This document shows, one piece after another, positions 8,137-17,002 of a DNA stretch of 64,000 nt. The notes beneath the pieces were generated by a model that was not told the origin of the DNA, searched no databases, and worked only from the letters and a program-made list of their open reading frames with translations. The position numbers and the translations under genes were made by a program. Source of the stretch: a virus (taxonomy: Duplodnaviria; Caudoviricetes); IMG/VR virus record IMGVR_UViG_3300034106_004043; one strand, 5' to 3'. The first letter of the stretch is position 1; each line of letters starts with the position of its first letter.

Positions 8137-8143
8137 AATTAAG

Positions 8144-8218
8144 TTCTCACGGTTGGAATCGAACCAACGACCTTTTGTGTATCAGACAAATGCTCTAAGC
8201 CAACTGAGCTACGTGAGA
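8144..8218 (-). tRNA. tRNA-Ile(GAU)
   Basis: tttgt-CTGATAC-acaaa. Confidence 0.95.
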
Positions 8219-8225
8219 ATATTAG

Positions 8226-8299
8226 AGCCTCCAGTCGGAATCGAACCAACGACCTACTGATTACAAATCAGTCGCTCTGACCTGCTGAGCTATGGAGGC
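8226..8299 (-). tRNA. tRNA-Thr(UGU)
   Basis: actga-TTTGTAA-tcagt. Confidence 0.95.
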
Positions 8300-8305
8300 T
8301 TGTTG

Positions 8306-8376
8306 CACGACAGTAGGGACTCGAACCCCAAACAACGGTTTTGGAGACCGTGATGATACCATTTCACCACTGACGT
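8306..8376 (-). tRNA. tRNA-Trp(CCA) with 8-nt anticodon loop
   Basis: acggt-CTCCAAAA-accgt; G73; one mismatch each in acceptor and T stems. Confidence 0.75.
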
Positions 8377-8383
8377 GTTTAAG

Positions 8384-8458
8384 TGACCCCGGTGGGACTC
8401 GAACCCACGACTCCCTCATTAAAAGTGAGGTGCTCTAAACCTGCTGAGCTACGAAGTC
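8384..8458 (-). tRNA. tRNA-Lys(UUU)
   Basis: cctca-CTTTTAA-tgagg. Confidence 0.95.
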
Positions 8459-8468
8459 ATTATTTTTG

Positions 8469-8540
8469 CGGTGATGGGGAATTTCGAAATCCCGACCCTC
8501 TGATTAACAGTCAGATGCTCCACCTCTGAGCTACATCACC
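8469..8540 (-). tRNA. tRNA-Asn(GUU)
   Basis: tctga-CTGTTAA-tcaga; G73. Confidence 0.93.
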
Positions 8541-8564
8541 ATTTTCCCAATATGTCAAAGAACC

Positions 8565-8601
8565 AAAAAAAAACCCTGAACTTTTTTGTAGTCCAGGGTT
8601 T
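8565..8601 (-). terminator. Intrinsic terminator upstream of the tRNA array (candidate attenuator)
   Basis: aaaccctggac/gttcagggttt 11-bp stem then U-tract on the minus strand. Confidence 0.8.
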
Positions 8602-8623
8602 CCTTATATATTTGATGATACGA

Positions 8624-8737
8624 TTACATCTTATTAAGAACCCTGAACTTACGGCAATCCTGCCCCTTAATCGTAAACCATGATTGGCCCACGTTTGTCG
8701 GGAGATTACTTACGTTATGTGTTGAGTTCTGTTTCAT
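8624..8737 (-). CDS. 37-aa putative leader peptide MKQNSTHNVSNLPTNVGQSWFTIKGQDCRKFRVLNKM
   Basis: Manual translation; between promoter and terminator; contains a copy of the terminator 3' arm at 8639-8650. Confidence 0.65.
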   Translation of the reverse strand: MKQNSTHNVSNLPTNVGQSWFTIKGQDCRKFRVLNKM

Positions 8738-8766
8738 TGTTTTCTTATTAAATATCAATTGTTTTA

Positions 8767-8797
8767 CAAAAGTAATATAAATTTCTTCTTATGTCAA
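8767..8797 (-). promoter_or_regulatory. Bacteroidota-type promoter for leader and tRNA array
   Basis: TTGACA then TACTTTTG (TAnnTTTG), 20 nt after the TTG. Confidence 0.75.
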
Positions 8798-8852
8798 GTT
8801 TTTTTTCATTTTAGTTTTAAATTTTAAATAAAATTATTACTATTTACATAAT

Positions 8853-9518
8853 ATGAACACTAGTGAATTACAACTAAAAAGATTAATGGACACTGTTGTT
8901 AAAATGTTATCTGTAATTGATGCGGATGGTATAACATTGCGTTTAACAGGTGAAGAAAAAAAATCATTTCATTACAAAAAAGTACCTGTCTATACAATAG
9001 ATAACCCTAAAAACTTACCATACACCCATGAAGCTCTCTCAGGTTACATTGATGAAGAAATACATTCGTTAAGAAAATTTTTTCCTGAGGTTAACATCGC
9101 TCCACAATTTTTATATTATTTAGATTGCGATAGTTTATATATCCCACAAAAAAGTTTAAATGAAATTAATAGTTGTCTTGTGGGAAAACCATTTAAATTA
9201 GATTCCCAATATGAACGTAAAAAAATAACGATTGAAGGTCGTTTTTCTAAAAATTTTTATTTTGAAGTTGATGCCGAAATGATTGTTATAGACGTTAATT
9301 TATTAGTTAAATCTATGGAAATAACATTAGATGGTGAAGTTTACTATGGATTTGATGAAGATGAAATACTTGACATAATTCACGATAAGTTTGACCACCA
9401 TATTGATGAGCTAATGTGGGAATGTCTGACCGATGATATAAGAAACAACAAATCTTTTGTTGATTTTAACTGGATGGGATGGATGGTGAATACTAACTAT
9501 ATGTTACCTCAATCCTGA
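8853..9518 (+). CDS. Hypothetical protein
   Basis: 221-aa ORF. Confidence 0.75.
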   Translation: MNTSELQLKRLMDTVVKMLSVIDADGITLRLTGEEKKSFHYKKVPVYTIDNPKNLPYTHEALSGYIDEEIHSLRKFFPEVNIAPQFLYYLDCDSLYIPQKSLNEINSCLVGKPFKLDSQYERKKITIEGRFSKNFYFEVDAEMIVIDVNLLVKSMEITLDGEVYYGFDEDEILDIIHDKFDHHIDELMWECLTDDIRNNKSFVDFNWMGWMVNTNYMLPQS

Positions 9519-10066
9519 ATAATAAGTGTTTCTAAATCCACAACAACACCAGTCTTATAGGTAATTTCTTCTGTGAAAATTTCATCAATAATTTCCTTCA
9601 CTTCACTTTCAATTTCAAATCCAATAGATTGGTCGTTAAGAGCTTGTTTTAAATCACGAACTCCTTCATCTGTCATTACTAAATCCACCTCACCACCCGG
9701 TAAAATATAAACATCTACTTTAAAATATTCCCCATCTTCTTGGTCTATTATTTTAGCTTTGAAATCAAAACTGTATCCACCTGAAAAGTTATATCGGTCT
9801 GTTTTAAAGGTTTTCTGTAATAGTTCTTCAGTCAATTTAACCGATTGTTCCCTACCCAAGAAATCCCTTAACAATTCAATCAGGATATTAAAGTCTCTTT
9901 CCCACACATCAACTTCAAAGAAATCCATAATCATATTATCAATATGTGGTTGTTCACCTTTCCTAACTTGTTTCTCAAACAATTTCTTAATCAAATTTTT
10001 AAAATTTGGTTTATCCAACTCTTCCTTCAAAAATTTATTTTGTTCCTCTGATATTAGGTATTTCAT
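9509..10066 (-). CDS. Hypothetical protein with MKYLISEEQ N-terminal motif
   Basis: ORF; TATTTATG upstream. Confidence 0.75.
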   Translation of the reverse strand: MKYLISEEQNKFLKEELDKPNFKNLIKKLFEKQVRKGEQPHIDNMIMDFFEVDVWERDFNILIELLRDFLGREQSVKLTEELLQKTFKTDRYNFSGGYSFDFKAKIIDQEDGEYFKVDVYILPGGEVDLVMTDEGVRDLKQALNDQSIGFEIESEVKEIIDEIFTEEITYKTGVVVDLETLIIQD

Positions 10067-10078
10067 ATTACATAAATA

Positions 10079-10651
10079 TTACCCTTCCAAAAAGGATAAC
10101 ACCTTTTCTTTAACTCCAAGTTGTTTGATACCCTCATTGTTCAAAGGTGTTAAGACAAAGTTATCAAGTCCCCATTTGTGTTCATATTCCATTGAGTAAT
10201 GTAGTCCAGTCTTTCCCATCTCCAAATCATCAATCGCCACCCAATGTGTAACTTCGGGATGTTCTTTTAACCATTCTTGAATCTGAACACTTCTTGTTCC
10301 TTCCAAATCCCAATTTCGGAACCAAGTTACTTTTTCACCATCAATTGTATTGGTTGTAAAATCAATTGGTCGTTTGATGATACCTTGTTTCTCATAGTAA
10401 TCACCCATCTCCTCAACTGAACACCAAACTTTCCAATCAGAAGATACAACGATTTCAGCACCAGTCTGTTCCAAGATTTCATTCAATACCTTGATTGCCT
10501 TCTTATCAAAGTTATCAAAACGAGCATCAAGAGGCATTGTCATTACTGATTGACTCAATTTTTTTCTATACTTTTTTTGTTTCTTAAATCGTGACCCCCA
10601 GTTATCAGATAAACAGATAACTCCATCGTGGTCTAAAAATATTACTTTCAT
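10079..10651 (-). CDS. HAD-family phosphatase of the Swiss-Army-knife RNA repair type
   Basis: VIFLDHDGVI, IVVSSDW, WVAIDD. Confidence 0.8.
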   Translation of the reverse strand: MKVIFLDHDGVICLSDNWGSRFKKQKKYRKKLSQSVMTMPLDARFDNFDKKAIKVLNEILEQTGAEIVVSSDWKVWCSVEEMGDYYEKQGIIKRPIDFTTNTIDGEKVTWFRNWDLEGTRSVQIQEWLKEHPEVTHWVAIDDLEMGKTGLHYSMEYEHKWGLDNFVLTPLNNEGIKQLGVKEKVLSFLEG

Positions 10652-10818
10652 TTTTTCTTTGAGTATTTTTCCCTGTTGGAAAGTTTCCTGTCAGGGTCGT
10701 ATTTGTATTTGATGTCAACAGAAATCGGGCCGTTCTTGAACTTATCCAAATCATAAGTCCAAACAGCAATGGTCTCGTCCGTTTCGTAGGTTCTTGTAAA
10801 TTTAGTTTTGTCGCTCAT
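10648..10818 (-). CDS. Small hypothetical protein (56 aa), missing from ORF track
   Basis: MSDKTKFTRTYETDETIAVWTYD...; ATGA overlap with next gene; TATATTTG at 10826-10833. Confidence 0.65.
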   Translation of the reverse strand: MSDKTKFTRTYETDETIAVWTYDLDKFKNGPISVDIKYKYDPDRKLSNREKYSKKK

Positions 10819-10859
10819 AATTTTACAAATATACGAATATTTATAATAAAAACAAAATT

Positions 10860-11132
10860 ATGTTTAGAATCACAGAACAAGAAAACAAACAAATACGTAA
10901 AATGTATGGTTTAATATCAGAATCAACAGAATCTGATTGTAATAATAATCAAATAGAGTTTAAAGAGTTTAGAGTGTGGTGTGCAATGGGAAAAAGATGT
11001 ACAAATAGTGGTTATAAAATTAAACCTGTTGTATCAGGACAACCCGATAATATATGTGCCGACAAAGAATTAATTAGAGCATATAGTGATACTAAACTAT
11101 ATGACGAGTTTAAAATTTACATGGGACGTTAA
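10860..11132 (+). CDS. Hypothetical protein (RITEQE motif, four Cys)
   Basis: ORF; TATTTATA at 10838-10845. Confidence 0.65.
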   Translation: MFRITEQENKQIRKMYGLISESTESDCNNNQIEFKEFRVWCAMGKRCTNSGYKIKPVVSGQPDNICADKELIRAYSDTKLYDEFKIYMGR

Positions 11133-11546
11133 TTATTCCTTATTTTCCAAATTAATTAATGGAACAAAATCTTTTGATGGGGTAAATTCTAAGTTATCAA
11201 CAACGACAGGCATATTAATACTAAAGAATTTAAGGAATTCCTCAATGTCATGACCTATTTGAACTGAAAATTCATACCATCCTTTATTAACACGGTCTCT
11301 TCCAATTATCTTTTCTTTATTACCAAACGCACATAAGTAATAATTAACCATACCTTCACCATTAACCAATTTAACCGATACAAAAAGGTGGTCTTTCATT
11401 TCACCAATACTTATTAACTGAGCAACTTTATCTATATGAAATTGATAATAACCCTTTTGAGGTTTTTCACTGAAACTAACACGATGGTCATAACCAAAAG
11501 TTTTACCCTCAAGAAATTTATTTATCCCGTTAAGTTCTTTATTCAT
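11133..11546 (-). CDS. Hypothetical protein
   Basis: ORF track. Confidence 0.7.
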   Translation of the reverse strand: MNKELNGINKFLEGKTFGYDHRVSFSEKPQKGYYQFHIDKVAQLISIGEMKDHLFVSVKLVNGEGMVNYYLCAFGNKEKIIGRDRVNKGWYEFSVQIGHDIEEFLKFFSINMPVVVDNLEFTPSKDFVPLINLENKE

Positions 11547-11977
11547 CGTCTAACACCAGGTTTAGAATTACCTCTCTGTGGTTCATTATTTCTTTTATAA
11601 TGAGTTACATTTGGTTTAGGAGTGTTAATAGTCGGTGAAGGATTGTTGTGTTGTGGTGGAGGTGGTGGTAACGGTAGTGTAGTTTGTTGATAGTTATACG
11701 TTGGATAATAATTGTTGTTTCTATCATAGTAGTTATAGTCAGGATAGTTGTTGTAATAAGTTACAGGTAATACAACTCTATTACCGTAGTAATCCTCACT
11801 TGATACTGGTCTTGCTTTAGGTTCGTGATGTGTCACCCAAAACTCTTCAGTCCTGTTCCAATACATCTCATCATCTTCGGGTCTTGTTCTGTCGTCAGTT
11901 AGATTTTCAAAACTAGTACAAGATGTGAATAGTAATATAAAAAATAATATGTTAAGATTTTTCAATTCCATAGACAC
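11543..11977 (-). CDS. Putative lipoprotein with Tyr/Asn- and Pro-rich tail
   Basis: ILFFILLFTSC lipobox; YYNNYPDYNYY and PPPPPQ tracts. Confidence 0.6.
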   Translation of the reverse strand: MSMELKNLNILFFILLFTSCTSFENLTDDRTRPEDDEMYWNRTEEFWVTHHEPKARPVSSEDYYGNRVVLPVTYYNNYPDYNYYDRNNNYYPTYNYQQTTLPLPPPPPQHNNPSPTINTPKPNVTHYKRNNEPQRGNSKPGVRR

Positions 11978-12995
11978 GTCCTAGATTTCTTTTTAATTTT
12001 TTACCAGCTTTGTTAATTCTTGGTTCATACATTTTAAACAAATCGTAGATACTATTTGTTTTCTCTATGTCCCTTGGTACTGTTTTATTAGTTTGTTTAG
12101 CAATTTGTCTATATTGTTTCATATAGAACTTATGTAAATTACTTAAATGAAAAACAAGAGTGTCCTCACCACTTCTTTGTTTAATAACATCTACCAACCC
12201 ATCAAAGAAGTTGTCAGCATTAAACTTTTCCATTTTATCAGCAATAAACCAATATGGTGATTTTGTAAACTCTTCAGGTGTCATTTTAAATGATTTTGAA
12301 TAAGCTTCTTGTGACATAGCATTCAATTCATATGGTTCTGAATAATAAACTAAATCTAAAAATTCACTATAATATTTGAAAATCTTTTTAGGAACATTCG
12401 GATTAATTCCACCGGCGAATGTTTTAATTAAATCAACTTCACCCTTACCTGTTGACTCCCATCTTTTATAGAACTCATATAGATGTAATAATTCGTGAGT
12501 AATACTATCTCTTAAGTCATCAATCAAATCATCAATATCTTCAGGTTCAAATGTAGGTGTTATTAAAACTTCAACTTCCATTTTACCTATGATAGTTTTA
12601 TTAATTTCTTTCAGTATTTTTTCAGGTATTTCAAGTGATGGAAGTTTCATGTAAGATTCCCCTTCAGATTCTTTTTTAATCTGATACATAGCACCACCTG
12701 TTTTAAACTTAGCATCGCCACCAGGTTTTTTTACATAACCAAATTTAATCTCAATATCCATTCCTTCAACAGGAAACTCAATAAATGAATCAGGGTCTGA
12801 CTTAACAACTTGTTTCATTGTATTGTAGTCTAAATTAATTGACTCCGAATCATTTTTTTTATTGAATGTCATGTCTTCAACAATTGGTGTAACCTCATTA
12901 AGGACAATATTAATAAAAGGAATTGTTGCACGACTAACACCTAAATCTTCATTCAGTAATCTCTTATATTGTTCTTCTGTAATAACAACTTTCAT
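11952..12995 (-). CDS. Hypothetical protein with HExxH zincin-like motif
   Basis: MKVVITEEQ start; ITHELLHLYE...ELNA. Confidence 0.65.
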   Translation of the reverse strand: MKVVITEEQYKRLLNEDLGVSRATIPFINIVLNEVTPIVEDMTFNKKNDSESINLDYNTMKQVVKSDPDSFIEFPVEGMDIEIKFGYVKKPGGDAKFKTGGAMYQIKKESEGESYMKLPSLEIPEKILKEINKTIIGKMEVEVLITPTFEPEDIDDLIDDLRDSITHELLHLYEFYKRWESTGKGEVDLIKTFAGGINPNVPKKIFKYYSEFLDLVYYSEPYELNAMSQEAYSKSFKMTPEEFTKSPYWFIADKMEKFNADNFFDGLVDVIKQRSGEDTLVFHLSNLHKFYMKQYRQIAKQTNKTVPRDIEKTNSIYDLFKMYEPRINKAGKKLKRNLGRVYGIEKS

Positions 12996-13882
12996 TATAA
13001 CAATGTATTAACTAAATTTTTAAATTCTTCTTTATTTTGTTCTATCCAATTTAAAATATCAGGTCTAATCTTACCACCATAAGGTCCAAAAATCTTGGCA
13101 ACTTCTTCATCTCTTTGACTTACCTCCAAATATTCTTTACGTTCTTCATCGGTTACAATTGGTTTAATGATATCAAAAGAATTTCCTTTTTTAATAAAAA
13201 CATCTGACGATACTCTTAACTCATTAGAATTTACTTTTCTTGGTTTTCTTATGTTGTTAGCATCTGAAAACAATTCAACAGCATTTTCTTTTGTTAGATA
13301 ATATGTTGTTAATCTATCACCAGAATCAATTGTTATACACGTAATATCAACAAGTATTTTTCTTAAAATTTCTTTTTTATACTCCGTAATCTCATTGTCA
13401 TTAACCAAAAATAGATTAGTACCTGTTATTTCAGGTCGGTTGTTTAATAAAGCATTTTTAATTGTTGCAATAGCATCTCCACCTAAACTATTTAAAGCAT
13501 TTGTGAAACCTCCTATTGATGGACTTTCAGTAGTATCATTTAAAAATTTCTGTTCAACTTCTCCTTGACTTACTTTATAATCCCAAATCCCACTTTTACT
13601 TTCATTAAGTGTACCATTAAATAAACCAGCCATCAATCCTTCAATAGCATGTCCTCTAATCTCTTTATACTTAACAATACGATTAATATAATCTTCAAAT
13701 CTTAATCGGTTAACAACATTTAAACTATTCAAATCAACATCTTGACCCCAATCATAATTTAACCCGTAAGCTTCTAAAATTTCTTGAATAACAAATGTCG
13801 CCTCCTGTTTAACAATAGGAATAGGATTGTATAGGTAAAATTTATTTTTAACCTCTTCAGTTATAAGTTTTTTCTTTTTCAT
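12995..13882 (-). CDS. Hypothetical protein
   Basis: 295-aa ORF with KKLITEE start. Confidence 0.75.
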   Translation of the reverse strand: MKKKKLITEEVKNKFYLYNPIPIVKQEATFVIQEILEAYGLNYDWGQDVDLNSLNVVNRLRFEDYINRIVKYKEIRGHAIEGLMAGLFNGTLNESKSGIWDYKVSQGEVEQKFLNDTTESPSIGGFTNALNSLGGDAIATIKNALLNNRPEITGTNLFLVNDNEITEYKKEILRKILVDITCITIDSGDRLTTYYLTKENAVELFSDANNIRKPRKVNSNELRVSSDVFIKKGNSFDIIKPIVTDEERKEYLEVSQRDEEVAKIFGPYGGKIRPDILNWIEQNKEEFKNLVNTLL

Positions 13883-14199
13883 TACTTACCAATAACAATA
13901 TCACTATAGTTTAAGGTTTCCATACCTTTCATATCATCAACCACTTCGTCATACATGTAAGCTTTAACCACTGAAACAATTGATTGTTCCGCTTGAGCAA
14001 TCTTAGATTCCATCCAATCATCCAACTGTTCATCATCTTCCATAATCTCCCACATTTGTAATGCTAAGGTACCAAGGGCAAAAAGTTGTTGCTTAGCCAT
14101 ATAATTACCATCTTTATCTTCATTAATAAGTTCAGTATTTTCAGATAAAGCTTTTTTTAATTTTTCAAGTTGTTCTTCTGTGATTATAATTTTAGACAT
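13882..14199 (-). CDS. Hypothetical, possibly virion-associated protein
   Basis: Start MSKIIITEEQ after TATTTATA at 14215-14222; the ORF-track extension crosses a terminator. Confidence 0.7.
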   Translation of the reverse strand: MSKIIITEEQLEKLKKALSENTELINEDKDGNYMAKQQLFALGTLALQMWEIMEDDEQLDDWMESKIAQAEQSIVSVVKAYMYDEVVDDMKGMETLNYSDIVIGK

Positions 14200-14304
14200 A
14201 ACTATAGTTTTATATATAAATACAAATAAAACGAAAAAAGGGAACACTAATGTTCCCTTTTGAGCCCAACCCGGAAGTTGGTCCACCACTTTGTTTAACA
14301 AAGA

Positions 14305-14565
14305 CTATTTAACCTCACCTACTTTAGCCAATACTTGTTCAGAAAATGTAACAAACTCCATTTCAGTTGTGATTAAAGATTCAACTAAAATCTTGTTAGG
14401 AATATGTACTAATGTATCAGTCACGTTGTAGTATCTAAACGCAACTCCGTTATCAATAGCGTCATTCACAAGTTTTAAAAATAATTTTGTCTGTATTGCG
14501 TCAACAAAAGACATTGTTAATACTTTACCGAATTTTTCGTGTTGGATGTTTAATGTTACTTTCAT
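14305..14565 (-). CDS. Hypothetical protein
   Basis: TATATTTG at 14570-14577. Confidence 0.7.
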   Translation of the reverse strand: MKVTLNIQHEKFGKVLTMSFVDAIQTKLFLKLVNDAIDNGVAFRYYNVTDTLVHIPNKILVESLITTEMEFVTFSEQVLAKVGEVK

Positions 14566-14583
14566 AACACAAATATAGATAAA

Positions 14584-15552
14584 CTATTCCTTACTTCCAA
14601 ACTTTTTGAAATAAAAATCAATAGTTTTATCTAACCCTTCATCAAAATTAACTTTAGGTTCCCACCCAATTTGTTCTTTCACCTTGGTTGAATCAATAGA
14701 GTATCTAAAGTCATGTCCTTTTCTATCTTCAACAAATGTAATTAAGTCTTGTGAGTTCTGTTCCCATTGTTTAATATTATCAATCTTATCACAAATCAAT
14801 CTAACCAGTCTTAAATTATTTAGTTCATTACGTCCACCGATACAATAGGTTTCGCCTACCTTACCTTTGTGAAATATCATATCAATCGCATCCACATGGT
14901 CCTGAACATATAACCAGTCCCTCACATTCTGTCCGTTACCATAAACTGGTATTGGTTTCCCATTAAGGATACTTTTAATGATTGTTGGAATTAATTTTTC
15001 TTGATGTTGGTTTGGTCCAAAGTTATTTGAACAATTTGATATCACAACAGGTAATCCATAAGTGTGGTAGTAAGCTCTAACAAAGTGGTCGGATGATGCC
15101 TTTGATGCTGAGTAAGGACTTCTTGGGTCATAAGCAGTCTTCTCATCAAAAGAACCCACCGCACCTAAATGTCCAAAAACCTCATCAGTTGATATGTGAT
15201 AGAATAATTTAATACCATACTTAATTGAAGCGTCCAACAGATTCAACGTTCCAATAATATTTGTTTGAACAAACTCCATCGGATTTAATATTGAGTTATC
15301 AACATGTGATTCAGCCGCGAAGTGTATTACCGAGTCAAACTTGTAATTTTCAAATAACTTAAATAATCTTTCTCGTTCAGTAATACTAAATTTGATTATT
15401 CTAGAGCTTCTAACATCATCAATGTTATCTTCATCCGCTGCATATGTCCCACTATCAAGGATGACTAAATTATAGTCAGGATATTTCTTTTTAAAGGTAT
15501 TATAAAAATTAGAACCAATAAAACCTAATCCACCAGTTATTAATACATTCAT
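14584..15552 (-). CDS. rfbB: dTDP-glucose 4,6-dehydratase
   Basis: TGGLGFIGS, HFAAESHVDNSI, STDEV, SPYSASKA, NCSNNFGP, QNVRDWLYV. Confidence 0.95.
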   Translation of the reverse strand: MNVLITGGLGFIGSNFYNTFKKKYPDYNLVILDSGTYAADEDNIDDVRSSRIIKFSITERERLFKLFENYKFDSVIHFAAESHVDNSILNPMEFVQTNIIGTLNLLDASIKYGIKLFYHISTDEVFGHLGAVGSFDEKTAYDPRSPYSASKASSDHFVRAYYHTYGLPVVISNCSNNFGPNQHQEKLIPTIIKSILNGKPIPVYGNGQNVRDWLYVQDHVDAIDMIFHKGKVGETYCIGGRNELNNLRLVRLICDKIDNIKQWEQNSQDLITFVEDRKGHDFRYSIDSTKVKEQIGWEPKVNFDEGLDKTIDFYFKKFGSKE

Positions 15553-15812
15553 TTCTCTATTTCTATTTTAAATTCAGTTTTGTTCTTACTGAAGTTTTCT
15601 TTAATGATAGAGTTCCAACTCAATTCTGTTATGAATTTTTTGAACTCTTCGTCTTTGATTTTCTTAATATAAGAAAGTAATTCCTGTTCGGTGCAATCTG
15701 GATTAACATCCATAAATTGTTTAATAATCGGAAATTTGTCCAAGTCAATTTCCTCAAATTCTCTAACACCTTCGTATTGGTGTTTTTCAACCACACCCAT
15801 TTTAATTTTCAT
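15549..15812 (-). CDS. Hypothetical protein
   Basis: ORF coupled to rfbB. Confidence 0.65.
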   Translation of the reverse strand: MKIKMGVVEKHQYEGVREFEEIDLDKFPIIKQFMDVNPDCTEQELLSYIKKIKDEEFKKFITELSWNSIIKENFSKNKTEFKIEIEK

Positions 15813-15857
15813 ATCCGATATAAAAATTATAATCCCCCATGTTTCAGGGGGATTTTA

Positions 15858-16910
15858 TTATTTAATAATTCTTGTTGTGTAAAACTTACCACTATCGTCA
15901 GTAAGAGTAATAACATAAGTTCCATTACTTAATGTTTCAGAATCAAACTGAATGTTGTTAGTAAAATATTTTTCTTGGTGAACACATCTTCCGTCGATAG
16001 ACATAACTCTTAACGTTCCACTATTTGATGGTGTGTTAATATTAACAATACCTAACACAGGGTTTGGCCAAACTTTAACGTTATTAGTCATTGTTTCTTC
16101 AACCCCAATTATAAATTCAGGAACAACGTTTAAGGTATAATCATTTAAAATTCCACCCGGTGTCCAAACTCCATTACTATCAATTGAAAAGTTTATTGAA
16201 GTATAAACCTGACAACCATTAATGGAAATTGCGTATAAGTTAATCGGGAGCATTTGTGAAGTAAACGTTGAGGTAGGGAATGTAATGGTTGGGTATTGTT
16301 CGTTTGAACTCGTCCCATTTCCTCCATTTCCAAAAAACCATTCCCATTCTACAGTATTTGAACCTTGGTAAACCACGTAAATAGTGTTTGGTTCAGATAC
16401 AAGTGAATCAGGAACAAAGTACAGAGTATCAATTGTCGGCATTGCCTCAATTAAACCATCACAGTTGTTATCAATACCGTCATAACATAGTTCAGGTGCC
16501 CCTGGATAGATATATGGGTCAAATGGATTACAGTCAATGTTATCCATGAACCCATCAAAATCTGAGTCTTGGTTTTGAAGTACTATCGTAAATGTCTGAA
16601 CACCTTGTCCTGACCCAAGATATATTGTTTCATTTATACAAGTCTCACCTAAACATGGTGAAGTATAAATTGCACAGATACTAACATTTAGACTATCAAT
16701 TGCTGGTACAACTGCAACATAACTTCCTGTAGGTTGTTGTGTTAAAGTAATACTACCTTGAATACCACCTCCATAATAGTTTCCGAACAATGTGTATGGA
16801 CATCCTCCGAGGTTAATTATATCAACGTTAAAAGACGTTAATACTTGTGATGATGCACTCATTCCAATGAATGCGAAAAGGGTTAAAAGAAATAATTTAA
16901 TTTTTTTCAT
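15858..16910 (-). CDS. Secreted protein with MopE-like metal-binding motif, PKD-like segment and T9SS type A C-terminal domain
   Basis: Signal peptide ending ASS-Q; PGAPELCYDGIDNNCDG; WEWFFGNG; VWPNP...SIDGR...LSNGTYVI...RIIK. Confidence 0.85.
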   Translation of the reverse strand: MKKIKLFLLTLFAFIGMSASSQVLTSFNVDIINLGGCPYTLFGNYYGGGIQGSITLTQQPTGSYVAVVPAIDSLNVSICAIYTSPCLGETCINETIYLGSGQGVQTFTIVLQNQDSDFDGFMDNIDCNPFDPYIYPGAPELCYDGIDNNCDGLIEAMPTIDTLYFVPDSLVSEPNTIYVVYQGSNTVEWEWFFGNGGNGTSSNEQYPTITFPTSTFTSQMLPINLYAISINGCQVYTSINFSIDSNGVWTPGGILNDYTLNVVPEFIIGVEETMTNNVKVWPNPVLGIVNINTPSNSGTLRVMSIDGRCVHQEKYFTNNIQFDSETLSNGTYVITLTDDSGKFYTTRIIK

Positions 16911-17002
16911 AGTTTGTTTTTTTATGTTTAGGTAATAATAGAATAATTGAATTACATAATCAACACATTAATCAAAAACCCCCTTTTTCAAGGGGGCTTA
17001 GA

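Noticed and set aside
12995-13882. PD-(D/E)xK nuclease fold suggested by E...WD...EQK spacing
   Set aside because: The pattern is too weak to call without a profile search.
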